Source: Terriglobia bacterium
GTDB lineage: Bacteria; Acidobacteriota; Polarisedimenticolia; Polarisedimenticolales; JAIQFR01
Length of the DNA stretch: 64,000 bases
NCBI GenBank assembly: GCA_963748015.1
Contig: CAVVHE010000006.1
Span: forward strand, 96,001 to 160,000
Reading direction: 5' to 3'
This document shows, one piece after another, positions 30,111 through 41,877 of the stretch. A program made the translations under genes and the position numbers. The stretch's first letter is position 1. Every line of letters starts with the position of its first letter. The notes beneath the pieces are model-generated. The model did no database searches. It was not told the origin of the DNA and saw nothing but the letters and a program-made list of their open reading frames with translations.

Positions 30111-30692
30111 TCAGTACTTGGCTATGTATCCCTTTCCCTCGAGGCAGGCGGTGAACGCCTTCTTGAAATTGGTCATGTCCTGCGAGGTTGCCGCCTGCTG
30201 GGCCTGCGCCTGTTGATCGATCTGCTTGGTGGCTTCCGCTTCCGCTTTCTTGCCCTTTCGCCGGCCGGCCACCGCGCCCGCGGCGGCGCCGACGCCCGCG
30301 CCCTTGCCCGCGTCGTCGTTCGCGATCTCCCCGACGACGGCTCCCGCCGCGGCGCCCTTCACCGCTCCCTTGGCCCCTGCTCCCTTGCTTGATCCCTCCA
30401 CCTGGGCCTTGGCGGCTTCGGCCTGCTGCGCCTGCTGCTGCGCCTGCTTCTGGAGCTCGAACGGGTCCTTGCCGGTGTTCTGGACGGCCCACTGGTAACA
30501 CGCCGATTCGTCCTGGGACTGCTGGGTGGCGGACTGGCCCTTCTGCGGGAACGCGGAGACGTTGAGGGTTGCCGCCAGGGTCTTCTGCCCGCTCGGCGGG
30601 GCCGGTGCGGACGCGGGCGGGGGCGCCTGGGCCAGCGCGACGGAAGAGCCGACGACGAGAACGAGACAGGCGATGCAGAGAACGCGCTTCAT
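30111..30692 (-). CDS. Glycine-zipper exported protein
   Basis: AFPQKGQSATQQSQDESACYQWA; GAAAGAVVGEIA...GAGVGAAAGAVAG; AFTACLEGKGY. Confidence 0.85.
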   Translation of the reverse strand: MKRVLCIACLVLVVGSSVALAQAPPPASAPAPPSGQKTLAATLNVSAFPQKGQSATQQSQDESACYQWAVQNTGKDPFELQKQAQQQAQQAEAAKAQVEGSSKGAGAKGAVKGAAAGAVVGEIANDDAGKGAGVGAAAGAVAGRRKGKKAEAEATKQIDQQAQAQQAATSQDMTNFKKAFTACLEGKGYIAKY

Positions 30693-31264
30693 GATCCGGC
30701 CTCCTTGTCGGGCTTCAGTTCTTTGCGAAATGCCGCCGCCGCGTGCCGGTTGGTCGGGAAGAACCGGCGCGGGTCGATCAGCTCCATCAACTCGTACCTC
30801 TCCAGCCACGAGCGGAAGGACCGCTCGGCGCGGCTGACGGCGAACGTGACGCCCCGCTTGTCCAGCATCGTGATCACCTGCCGCAGGGCCCCGGCGCCGG
30901 TGGTGTCGACGTCCACCATCGCCTGGGCGTCCAGCACGAACCACCGGATCGGCTCGGGCGACGTGGTGACCAACCGCTCGACCTCCTCGAGGAACAGGGT
31001 CGCGTTGGCGAAGTAGAGCGGCGCGCCGAACCGGTACAGGAGCAAGCCCGGAGACCCCGACGCCTGTCCGGCCCCCGCGGGGACGAAGTGGGAGCCGTCC
31101 GGCGCCTCCTGGAGGGCCGCGGTCTCCGGACGGGACGTCCGCCGGATCACGTCGATGACCGACATGAGGAAGGCGATGACGACCGCGCGCAGCGGGCCCA
31201 GGGCCAGCACGCTCAGCAGGCAGGTCGCGGCGATCCAGAACTCAGAGCGGCGCATGTGCCACAC
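30689..31264 (-). pseudogene. SulP/SLC26 transporter C-terminal remnant (last TMs plus STAS)
   Basis: YRFGAPLYFANA and VLDAQAMVDVDTTG (STAS). The large TM core is missing; only ~70 bp separates it from the upstream gene. Confidence 0.75.
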
Positions 31265-31331
31265 CTGCTTGCTCGATCAGTCACGCTCAGGTGTCCGCCT
31301 GGGTGTCCATAACGCTCGGAAAATACGGAGG

Positions 31332-31925
31332 CTATTTCTTCGGAGCCTTCTCGACCTTGATCGCGAGAGCCTCGGTGTAGGTGATCTCGACCGTGTCCCC
31401 GACGTTCACGCCCTGAAGCTTCTCGGGGTGCCTCACCTTGATCGTGCGCGTGTTGCCGGCCGGCCCCCTGAAGGTGACGGAGGGGACCTTGGGGTCGATC
31501 GCCGCGATCGTGACGGTCAGGGTGGTCTGCTGCGCGACGGCGGCCGCCGGCTTCTTGCCGAGCGGGGCAGCCTCCGTCGTGACGTTCGTTCCCATGCCGG
31601 CCGCATTGCCGCCCTTCTTCACCTCGTAGGCGAGGGCTTCCGTGTAGGTCGCGGTGACCAGGTCGCCCTTCTTCACCTGGGCGAGGTTCTTCACCGCGTC
31701 GCCGGCGACGAAGCTGTACTCCTGGCCGTCCGCGGTCTTGAGCGTGACCTCGCGCGTCTTCTGGTCGATCTTCGTCACGGTCGCGGTGACCACCTCGGAC
31801 GCCACCACGGCCTCGCCCTTGGCCGGGGCGGCGGGTTTCGCGGGCTCCTGGGCCAGGGTTGCGGACGCAAGGCACACGGCTCCCGCCACGCAGGCGGCCA
31901 CCATCCAGGATCGGGGACTCTTCAT
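31332..31925 (-). CDS. Exported hypothetical protein with two internal beta-repeats
   Basis: Signal peptide; repeated ATVTKID..REVTL..VKKGDLVTATYTEALA / VTIAAID..SVTF..VNVGDTVEITYTEALA. Confidence 0.8.
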   Translation of the reverse strand: MKSPRSWMVAACVAGAVCLASATLAQEPAKPAAPAKGEAVVASEVVTATVTKIDQKTREVTLKTADGQEYSFVAGDAVKNLAQVKKGDLVTATYTEALAYEVKKGGNAAGMGTNVTTEAAPLGKKPAAAVAQQTTLTVTIAAIDPKVPSVTFRGPAGNTRTIKVRHPEKLQGVNVGDTVEITYTEALAIKVEKAPKK

Positions 31926-32326
31926 GGCTTGCTCTCCTTTGTCATTTCACTTCGGCTATTGCGGACGAGTTCAACTGCGGGCAAGAGGTCGGTCGCGATC
32001 GCACGCTTGAGCACGAAGGCGTCGGCGCCGGCCTCCATCGCCGCCCGGCGTACGGCCTGCTCGTCGTGGACGCTGAGGACGATCACCTTGAGGTCGGGAC
32101 AGCGCTGCCGGAGCGCTCGCAACCAGCCCAGGCCGCTGTCCCGGGCCAGGGAGAGATCCACGACCGCCACGTCGGGCCGGAGCCGGCCCGCCCCCTCGAG
32201 CAGCGACGCCTCGTCGGCGACCATGACCACCGTTCCGAACGCCGTCTCGAGCAGCCCGCGCACGCCCTCCGTGAGGCCGTGGTGCCGGTCCGCCAGTAGA
32301 ACGCAGCTCGGGAGCTTCTCGGGCAT
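31922..32326 (-). CDS. Stand-alone response-regulator receiver protein
   Basis: VLLADRH, PDVAVVDLS, AGADAFVLK; no output domain. Confidence 0.85.
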   Translation of the reverse strand: MPEKLPSCVLLADRHHGLTEGVRGLLETAFGTVVMVADEASLLEGAGRLRPDVAVVDLSLARDSGLGWLRALRQRCPDLKVIVLSVHDEQAVRRAAMEAGADAFVLKRAIATDLLPAVELVRNSRSEMTKESKP

Positions 32327-32420
32327 CGATACCCTTCCTTCTCTGCGACCGTGCCCGTCGCGTTGCATGTTGCCGCCCGGCTTCGGGTGGAGCTTAGCCG
32401 TGCCGAGGGGGGCATGTAAC

Positions 32421-32458
32421 CTCGGGAAACTACGGGCTTGTTGCCGTGGAATTACGAG
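32421..32458. promoter_or_regulatory. Tandem putative operator (CTCGGGAAACTACGGG; GCCGTGGAATTACGAG)
   Basis: Two GTA-N4-TAC-like sites 22 bp apart upstream of the receiver gene; the motif recurs at 38020, 39041 and 63397. Confidence 0.6.
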
Positions 32459-32542
32459 GTTCCCGGGCCGGGGACACGGCCCCGGCAATCGCGCCTGTCG
32501 ACCGAGAGGCGCGATGCCGGGCCGATACGCCTTGGATGCGCT

Positions 32543-33592
32543 CTAGATCTCCCCGAACTGGAGGATGACCTTGATGTCGTCGGGCCTTCTCTCCAGGGCC
32601 TGCGCGAAATTCTCCGGCTTCTCGCGGCGGGTGATCAGGCGGCCCAGCCAAGCCCGGTCCGCGCGAGCCAGGATGTTCCCGGCCTTGTACCAGTGTCGCT
32701 TGTTGGCGTTGACGCTACCCACGATCACGTTGTTCTTCAGCACCGCGGCCGCGGCGATGTCGGCGCAGGCTGCGGACGTGACCACGCCGCCGTGCCCGAC
32801 CCCGGTCAGGCACACGATCCCGCTCGACCCGATCGCCTGGATCGAGTCGGCGATCACCTGTCCCACCCCGGTGCACTCGATGATGGCGTCCGGCTCGAAG
32901 CCGATTGCTTTCACCGAGCCGGAGTGATACGTCGCACCCAGGGCGCGCACCAGGTCCGGCTTGGGGCCCGATTCCACGCGGTCGAGGACGTGGACGTCCT
33001 GGCCGAACAGCTTGGCGCCGAGGGCCGCCAGAAGGCCGATCGGGCCCGCGCCGGTCACGAGCACGGTCTTCGGCTCCCAGAAGGACCGCCGGCCGATGGT
33101 CGCGACCTGTTCGAGGGCCTTCGTGATCACGGTCGTCGGCTCGAGGAGCACGCCGAGGATGCCCAGGGTGGGGTCGACCTTGATGGCGTACTCGGGCTCG
33201 ATCCTCCAGCGCTCGGACATGTAGCCGTGGATCTCCTTGATCCCGCGCTCGGTGTACTGGCCGTTGCGGCACATGTCCCACTCGCCCACCGCGCAGTTCG
33301 GGCAGGGGACCGGATCCGGGCGGCGGACGATCCCCACGACCAGGTCGCCCTTCTTGAAGGAACAGGCCGGACCCGGATCGACGACGCGGCCGAGGGATTC
33401 GTGCCCCAGCACCAGGCGCGTCGCTCCCGGGGGCGCCCAGCCGTACTTGCCCTCGACGATCTCGACGTCGGTCCCGCAGACGCCGACGGCCACCGCCTCG
33501 ACGAGAACCTGGCCTTCATGAACCCCGGGTTCCGGAAAGGCCTCCCAACGCGCCGATCCGGGATTCCTGGGTTCCACGGTGATGGCTTTCAT
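32543..33592 (-). CDS. Glucose 1-dehydrogenase (Zn-dependent MDR family)
   Basis: GVCGTD, LGHESLG, VRRPDPVPCPNC...C, VTGAGPIG, GSVNANKRH. Confidence 0.88.
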   Translation of the reverse strand: MKAITVEPRNPGSARWEAFPEPGVHEGQVLVEAVAVGVCGTDVEIVEGKYGWAPPGATRLVLGHESLGRVVDPGPACSFKKGDLVVGIVRRPDPVPCPNCAVGEWDMCRNGQYTERGIKEIHGYMSERWRIEPEYAIKVDPTLGILGVLLEPTTVITKALEQVATIGRRSFWEPKTVLVTGAGPIGLLAALGAKLFGQDVHVLDRVESGPKPDLVRALGATYHSGSVKAIGFEPDAIIECTGVGQVIADSIQAIGSSGIVCLTGVGHGGVVTSAACADIAAAAVLKNNVIVGSVNANKRHWYKAGNILARADRAWLGRLITRREKPENFAQALERRPDDIKVILQFGEI

Positions 33593-33605
33593 ATCGCACT
33601 CGCTT

Positions 33606-35085
33606 TCACGACGCGCTCACCCGGAAGAGGTGGCACTTCCACGCCCCCATTTCGACGTACAGGCCGGCATCTCGCAGGTCGTCCCCGCTCCGGTCGTACA
33701 CCTCACTCGACAGGACATCGTCGAGGCGCCACGTCTTTCCTCTCAACTCATCCCAGGGCACGTGGACCCGGGCCTGGGCGGTTTCTCGTCCGAAATTGAC
33801 GACGATGAGAAAGCGGTCTCCGTTCTTGACCCAGCACCAGCTGACGATGTTCTGGCAGCTCTGGTTGTCGGGCCAGCCGCTCCGCTCGCAGAGGCGCCAT
33901 GTGCCCGTCCGAAAGACGCCGCGGTGGGTCGCCGTCAGCAAGCGCTCGTAGAAGGCGACCAGATCGCGATCGACCGGCTCTACCGGGCGGCGGCCCAGGA
34001 AGACCGGGAGCCTCGCCCTGAACCCTTCGAACTGCCCCTCGTGCAGCAGCCTGGCCCCGGGAAGGGTGAGGATGGCCACCGCGGCGGCCCGGCCCTTCTC
34101 CCCCGGAAACGCGACGGCGGCCCTGGGCTCGTCATGGTTCTCGATGAACCGGACCATCCCCTCCTGGTAGGAAAGGTCCGCCAGGAGGTGCAGGCGGACG
34201 TTCTCGGCAGAAGCGTGCTCCATGCGGTCGTAGAGCTTCTTGTCGTAGCAATGATCGAAGCCTTGCTGCTGCAGCTCCCACTCGAGGTCCCAGTAGGCCT
34301 CGGCGATGAACCTGAACTCCGGCCACCGCGCCTTTGTCGCCGCGATGACGGTCGTCCAGTAGTCGTCGACGGGCCTGTCTCCGGCGCGGGCGCCCCAGGT
34401 GCGCTCGAAGATGTCGTTCAGCATGAGCATGGCCATGTCGCAGCGGATGCCGTCGCACTGCCCGGCGATCTCCGAGACGGTCTCGATCACCGCCTTCCGG
34501 AGCCCCGGCTGGAAGGCGTTGAGCTGGAGCACGTCGGGCCAGGCGGGGAAGAACGGATCGCGTCCGCAGGCGAAAACGTTGCCTCCGGCCTCGAGGAAGG
34601 AAGCCGGATCTTTCTCGAGGTCGTTCCTGTCTCCCCGGACGAAGTACTCCGGGTGCTCGAATACCCAGGGGTGGTCCGGGGCGACATGGTTCGGCACGAA
34701 ATCGAGGACGAGACGGATGCCGCGCGTCGCGAGAGCGTCGCGGGCCGCGGCGAGCCCTTCCGGCCCGCCGAGATGCGCGTCGACGACGTAGCGGCGCACG
34801 CAGTACGGCGAGCCGACGTTGTCCTCCGCGCGAGAAGTCGGGGAGGGCCCTCCTGAAGTCCTCGAGGAGGCCCGCGTTGCGCATGGAGATCTCGATGCCG
34901 GCGGGGCTCCGCTCCCAGACCCCCATGAACCAGACGGCGTCGAAGCCACGGGAGGCGATGGCGTCCCACTCCTGATTCGGAACCGTGGCGAGGTCCAAGG
35001 GCTGCCGGTATTTCCGGCTCAGCTCGTCGAGCCACACCCACGTGTTGATCTCGTAGATCACGGGATTGGTCGGCCACGGTTCCAT
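33606..35085 (-). CDS. GH13 alpha-amylase family protein (frameshift at ~34830)
   Basis: IYEINTWVW...LPDFS in one frame; VGSPY...LDFVPNH...DGIRCDMA...AEAYW...ENHDEPR in another. Confidence 0.88.
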
Positions 35086-35103
35086 GTCGCCCTCCCGCCG
35101 GAT

Positions 35104-37863
35104 TCAGGAAACGGGCTCCCCCGTGCCCTTTCGGGCACCCTGAACGAACGCGGCCTGCTTGCCCACCTCCAGGGCGCGCTTGGCATCCAGAAGGCCGTAG
35201 AGCTCGATGAGCTTGGCCACGAGCCCCGGTCCAGCCGGTCTGGTGACTGGCGCCCAGCCCCGCGCCGTTGTCGCCGTGGAAGTACTCGTAGAAGAGGATG
35301 TGGTCGCGCCAGTGGGGATCGGTCTGGAACTTCTCGGTGCCGCCGTAGACCGGGCGCCGGCCATGCTCGTCGCGGGTGAAGGTGCTGGTGAGCCGGTCGG
35401 CGATCTCCTTGCTCACCTCGAAGAGGTTCATCATTCTTCCCGATCCCGTCGGGCACTCGATCTTGAAGTTGTCGCCGTAGTACAGGTAGAAGTTCTGCAG
35501 CGCCCGGATGATCAGCGCGTTCACCGGCATCCAGACGGGGCCCCGCCAGTTGGAGTTGCCGCCGAACATGCCGGTGTTCGACTCGGCCGGCAGGTAGTCC
35601 ACCCGGTACTCCTGGCCGTTGCACGTGGAGGACGTACGGGTTCCGCTCGTGGAACTTCGAGATCGAGCGGATGCCGTGGGGACCCAGGAACTCGTTCTCG
35701 TCGAGCATCTTCGTCAGGATCCGGCGGAGCCGCTCCGGGTTGACGCAGGGCCAGGATCCCCCGCTCGGCGACGCCGAGATGTCCCGGGCCGGTGGGGTGG
35801 ATGGTCATCCATGAGCTCGGGCATGCGGCGCAGGCGTTCGTAGATCCCGGTCATCGCCCTCGGGATGCGCTCCCGCTGCGACTTCTCGATCACCGTGGTG
35901 GCGCAGAGGGGCAGGAGCCCCACCAGGGAACGCACCTTGAGCCGCGTGGCGCTGCCGTCGGGGAGCCGCAGGATGTCGTAGTAGAAGCCGTCCTCCTCGT
36001 CCCACATGCCGTCCTGGCCGGGGCGGTTCATGGCGGCGGCGATGTAGTAGAAGTGCTCCGACGAACTTGAAGACCATGTCCTCGTAGATGGGGTCGTGGG
36101 CGGCGAGCTCGACCGCGAGCTCCAGCATGTTCTGGCTGAAGAGGGCCATCCACGCCGTGCCGTCCGCCTGCTCGAGGTGGCCGCCGGTGGGAAGCGGGGC
36201 GCTGCGGTCGAAGACGCCGATGTTGTCGAGGCCGAGGAAGCCGCCCTCGAAGACGTTCTTGCCGAAGCGGTCCTTGCGGTTGACCCACCAGGTGAAGTTC
36301 AGCAGGAGCTTGTTGAAGGTCGACTTGAGGAAATCGAGGTCCACCTCGCCGCGCAGGGCCTGCTCGGTGCGGTGCAGGAAGAGCGTCGCGAAGGCGTGGA
36401 CCGGGGGGTTCACGTCGCTGAAGTTCCACTCGTAGGCGGGCATCTGGCCGTTGGGGTGCAGGTAGGCGCCCGCGGAGCATCAGCTCCATCTGCTCCTTGG
36501 CGAAGTCGGGGTCCACGATCGAGAGCGGTAGCGTGTGGAAGGCCAGGTCCCAGGCCGCGTACCACGGGTACTCCCACTTGTCGGGCATGGAGATGATGTC
36601 CTCGTTCAGCATGTGGAACCACTCCGAGTTCCGGGCAGCTCGATATCCCGTGTGGAGCGGGTTGGAGTTGTGCTCGTCCAGCCAGTTGTCGCCGTCGAAG
36701 AAGAAGAACTGCTTGCTCCAGAGCATGCCGGCGAGGGCCTGGCGCATCACGTTGGCCGCGTCCTCGCTCACGGACGGCGGCGTGACCGACTTGTAGAACT
36801 CGTCGGCCTCGCGGAGCCTGTCGGCGAAGACGTCGTCGAACGGCTTCCCGAAGGGCTTGCCTTTCGGGCCCGCGGACGGCCTTGGAGAGCCGCAGGCGGA
36901 TCACCTTGCTCTGGCCGGCGCCGACAGGCGACGTGGTAGTGCGCCGCGACCTTGGTGCCCTTGCTGGCCTGGGTTCACCGCGCCCTGGTTGCCGTGCACC
37001 ACGCAGTCGTTGATGCCGTCCTTGACGTAGGGGCTCTCGTTCTTCTGCCCGGGAAAGAGCAGCTCGTGGTTCGTCTCGTTCTCGGTGAAGAGCAGCGGCA
37101 CGTCGCCTTCGCAGGAGAGGATGAACTCGCCGAGCAGCGGATGCGTGGCCGCAACCGCGCTCGTGCCCGCCGTGCCCTCGATCTGCTCGAGGCTCGGCTT
37201 CCGGGCGGCGCGGTTGGATTCGGCGATCCACGCCGACCAGTCGTTCCGGAACCACAGCGTCGGCAGAAGGTGCAGCTCGGCCGCGTCCGGTCCCCGGTTG
37301 GCCGCCGTGATCTTCACCAGGATGTCCTCGGCGCCGCCCTTGGCGTACTCCACGAAGACGTCGAAGTACCGGTCGTCGTCGAAGACGCCGGTGTCGAGCA
37401 GCTCGTACTCCATCTCGTTGCGAGTGCGGCGCCGGTTCGTCTCCACCAGGTCGGCGTAGGGATAAGGCGCCTGCGGGTACTTGTAGAGGTACTTCATGTA
37501 CGAGTGGGTCGGCGTGCTGTCGAGGTAGAAGTAGTACTCCTTCACGTCCTCGCCGTGGTTCCCCTCGCTGTTGGTCAATCCGAAGAGCCGCTCCTTGAGG
37601 ATCGGGTCCTTCCCGTTCCACAGGGCCAGCGCGAAGCAGAGGCGCTGCTTGTCGTCGGAGATGCCGGCCAGCCCGTCCTCGCCCCAGCGGTAGGCGCGCG
37701 AGCGGGCCTGATCGTGGGTGAAGAAATTCCAGGCGTCGCCGTTCTCGCTGTAGTCCTCGCGGACCGTTCCCCACTGGCGCTCGCTGAGGTAGGGCCCCCA
37801 TTTCTTCCAGTCGATCTTCCGCTCGCGGGCCTCTTCGAGCCTGAGCTGTTCGGCTGTCTTCAT
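35104..37863 (-). CDS. MGH1-like GH63 glucosidase, broken by many frameshifts
   Basis: [73 protein letters not shown] and [12 protein letters not shown] appear in order over 8 or more ORF pieces. Confidence 0.88.
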
Positions 37864-38019
37864 GACCTTACTCCTCTCGTCCCGGGACGTTCGACAGCGG
37901 GCCTCTCCCGGACTCGCAATGCGGAAGGCCGAAACCTCTGCTCTGCGACCCTGCCTGGCGCGATGCGTGTCGTTGCCCGGCCTTGAAGCGATTCTAGTCG
38001 CGTTTCGGAGGGAGCTGGC

Positions 38020-38058
38020 CTAGTAAAGTTACGAGGTCGTCCGCCTGGGAACTACGAT
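38020..38058. promoter_or_regulatory. Tandem putative operator (CTAGTAAAGTTACGAG; GCCTGGGAACTACGAT)
   Basis: Same motif, 23 bp spacing, upstream of the glucosidase operon. Confidence 0.55.
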
Positions 38059-38151
38059 GCTACCCCGGGTAGGAGGGGGAATGTGGGGTGGAGGGGCGTC
38101 ACGTTCGGGACGGGTGAAAGAGCTTGGTTCCCGGCGCGATCGGCGGGGGTC

Positions 38152-38913
38152 TTACTTGCAGCGGCCGAAGCAGGCGAACGGCGGAGAGAACAGCATGACG
38201 CCGAACTCGATTCCCGGACCGCTCGAGCCGCTGAACTCGGCGCCATAGGTAATCGCGAAGACGGCATACGGGTTCGGCTCCCAGCGCACGCCGGCCCGGT
38301 ATTGCGGGGGGGACCCCGCCTCGCCCTTCGCACCATAGATCTCCCCGACGAGCGACCATCGCGGGTTGACGGGGTACCACGCCAGGCGGGTGCAGTAGGT
38401 GAAATCCCAGGACGTTTCCTCTTCCTCTCCGTAGTTACGGGTCACACTCACGCCCGGCGTGACGTCCCAGGACAGCTTGTCGCGGAGGAACGGCACGGTC
38501 AGGGGGGTATTCACCCAGTAGGTCTGGAACGCATCGTTCGTCCTGGCGTCCACGTCCAGGTAGCCCGGGAACATGCCGGTGCCGAACTTGACCGCCATGC
38601 CGCCGGTCTTCGCCTTGTTCTCGTAGAACATGTACTTGGCATACAGCGAATTCGAGTACCCGTCGTTGGTCGTCGGGTCGTTGTCGTCGTTGTAGAAGTA
38701 CCCGGATACGGTGAACTCCCATTTGGGAAAGAGCGAAAACGTGGTCATCAACATCGAGTTTCGTTGACCCACGGTGGGGATGATCGTCACCGTGCCGTGG
38801 GGTTTGGACAGCCAGCTGTCGGAGTTGAACTGCTGGGCCTGGGCCGGAGCAAACGTCAGGGCCACCGAGAGGAACAGCGTTGCAAAGGCGATTCTCGATA
38901 CGTGGAGTCGCAT
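38152..38913 (-). CDS. Exported hypothetical protein, probable beta-barrel
   Basis: Signal peptide ending AQA; aromatic-rich alternating strands. Confidence 0.7.
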   Translation of the reverse strand: MRLHVSRIAFATLFLSVALTFAPAQAQQFNSDSWLSKPHGTVTIIPTVGQRNSMLMTTFSLFPKWEFTVSGYFYNDDNDPTTNDGYSNSLYAKYMFYENKAKTGGMAVKFGTGMFPGYLDVDARTNDAFQTYWVNTPLTVPFLRDKLSWDVTPGVSVTRNYGEEEETSWDFTYCTRLAWYPVNPRWSLVGEIYGAKGEAGSPPQYRAGVRWEPNPYAVFAITYGAEFSGSSGPGIEFGVMLFSPPFACFGRCK

Positions 38914-39040
38914 GTAGTTCCCGTCTGCAGTCACGTTGAACCGGAAGGTCCCTACCACCCTTAGCTCGACCAAGCCGGTGGTCATGGGTGCCGGCTCCTG
39001 ACGGCGAGAGAATGTTAGACGAGCCGCGGAGGCTCGTGAC

Positions 39041-39056
39041 CTCGTAAAACTACGGG
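39041..39056. promoter_or_regulatory. Putative operator CTCGTAAAACTACGGG
   Basis: Near-palindromic; upstream of 38913. Confidence 0.6.
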
Positions 39057-39096
39057 GCTCGTCACCGGGCACTCGCGAGGCCTCCGGGCGGAAGGG

Positions 39097-39744
<648 letters not shown>

Positions 39745-39748
<4 letters not shown>

Positions 39749-41730
39749 CGCGACCCTCCTTCCACGGGGACCCAGGCGACGACCGCCGTGCCCCGGCCGG
39801 GCGCGCTCTCGACGTCGAGCGTGCCGTTCACCAGTCGCAAACGCTCGCGCATGCTCGCCAGGCCGAGGCTCCGCCCCTGTCTCGGATTTCCCGGATCGAA
39901 GCCGGCACCGTCGTCGCGGACGGCGAGGAGCAGGCCGCCGTCCATTTGCCGTAGAACCACGCTCGCGCTGCTCGCACCGGCGTGACGGATCGCGTTGTTC
40001 AGGGCCTCCTGCGCCACGCGGAACAGGCAGAGCGCCGCGTCCCTCGGGACGACCGCGGGTAGCGGGTCGAGCTCCAGCGAGAGCCGGACACCGCCGCGGC
40101 GTCCGGTCCGCTCGCATTCCGTCCTCAAAGCCTCGGCCAGGCCGAGCTCCTCGAGGACCGACGGGTGAAGCTGGTACGCCAGGGAATGGATGTCCTCGCT
40201 GAGACGCACGAGCCCCTCGCGGACCGTGCGCATCGTGTCGGCCTGCGCCCCGCCGGTCGCGGCCAGCTCGGCGCGGCCGACGTCGATCGCCAGCACGGCA
40301 AGCCGCTGCGTCACGTCGTCGTGGAGCTCGCGCGCGAGCAGCGCGCGCTCGTCCTCGTGGGCCCGGATCAGGCGCTGGGAGAGGTCGCGCAGCTCCTCCT
40401 CGGCTCGCTTGCGCTCCGTGACGTCGCGGAGGACACCGAAGGTGCGGATCGCGCGCCCGGTGGCGTCGCGCGTGCCCGCGCCCGCCAGGTGCTGGATCCA
40501 CCGCTCCCCGCGGGCCGGATGCAGGTAGCGATACTCGCAGGATAGCCGGTCCAGTCTGCCGTCGTGCAGCTGCCGGCGCAGGTCCAGCACGCGTGGGCGA
40601 TCGTCGGGATGCAGATGCTCCAACCAGAAGTCCAGGGCCTGGAGGCCGTGCTCCCGTTCCGGCGGGACGCCGCAGAGGTCGCGGAGCCTGTGGTCGACGT
40701 ACGTGACGCCCTCGCCGAAGTCCACCTCGTAGAACGCGAGGCCGGCGAGGTCGGCGCCCGCCGCCAGGCGAGCCTCGCTCGTCCGAAGCGCCTCCTCGGC
40801 ACGCCTGCGCTCGGTGATGTCGATGGAGACCCCCGTCAGCCGCTCCGGGTCGCCTTCGGGCGTGCGCTGGGGTCGTCCGCGCGAGGCGATCCACCGCACG
40901 CGGCCGTCGCGGAGCAAGATCCGGTAGTCCACGTCGATGGGGTCGCCCGCGCGCGCGGACCGCTCGATGGCTCCCCGAACGAGATCCCAGTCGCCGGGAT
41001 GGACCGATTCCTCGAAACGCTCCATGCTGACGACCTCGTCCGACGTGTACCCGAAGATCGCCCGGGCCCTCTCCGTGACCCAGAACGCGCCCGTCCGCAG
41101 GTCGAGGGTCCAGAGCCCCGCCTCGGCGGAGTCCGCCGCCAGGGCCAGGCGCTCCTCGCTCTCCTGCAAGCGCAGTTCGCGGCGCCTGCGGGCGAGGGCG
41201 TTGGTGATGACCTGCGCGACCAGTTGCAGCCTCCTCACCACCGCGTCCGGCCAATCGCGCCTCTCCCGCATGGTGTTCAGACCCAGGACGCCGACGGGTG
41301 GCTCGCCCCCCACCGTGAGGGGGAGGGTCAAGTTCGACTTGACGCCGAGAAGGCGAGCATTCTCGAGGTCCACGGCGGCCTCCGCCGGGAACTCCTCCAA
41401 CGACGAGATGGCAACCGTGCGGCCGGCCATCATCTGCCGTAGGTACCAGGGGAACTGTTCCTGGCTCAGCGGCCCGGGAGGCGGCTGACCTTGCTCCGAC
41501 ACGTGGAAGTGGGTGGGCGCGAGGGTATCGGGAGCCGCGCTCGACCATTGCCAGAGCACTGCGAAATCCAGGCCGAGGAACTGGCAGACACGACGTAGAG
41601 CATCCTCGATCTCGCGGTCCACCGCGTCGGGAGGCAGGTTGATGAAGCGAGAGGAGAGGTCGGAGATCAGCGTCTCGAACTCGAGACGGCTCTCGAGGGC
41701 GTCGGCGGAAGGGTGCGTGTGACTATCCAT
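39745..41730 (-). CDS. Cytoplasmic GAF-PAS-PAS sensor histidine kinase (HisKA_3)
   Basis: VHPGD and LHPDD PAS motifs; ARELHDDVTQ; QEALNNAIRHA, DDGAGF, GLASMRER; no TM seen. Confidence 0.92.
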
Positions 41731-41877
41731 CAGCGGTCCGCCCAGTGACGGGAATGGGTCCACTCGGCCCCAATTGTCGCACCGAATTCCACGTTCGCCC
41801 AAGCGCCGTCGACGGGGCCCGGCGCGGCATCGCCGGCTCTGCGCTTCGCGCGGACGATGGTCGCCGAAGAGCCGCGT

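Noticed and set aside
35104..37863. Programmed frameshifting or phase variation in the glucosidase
   Set aside because: Too many shifts and no common slippery motif; error or decay is simpler.
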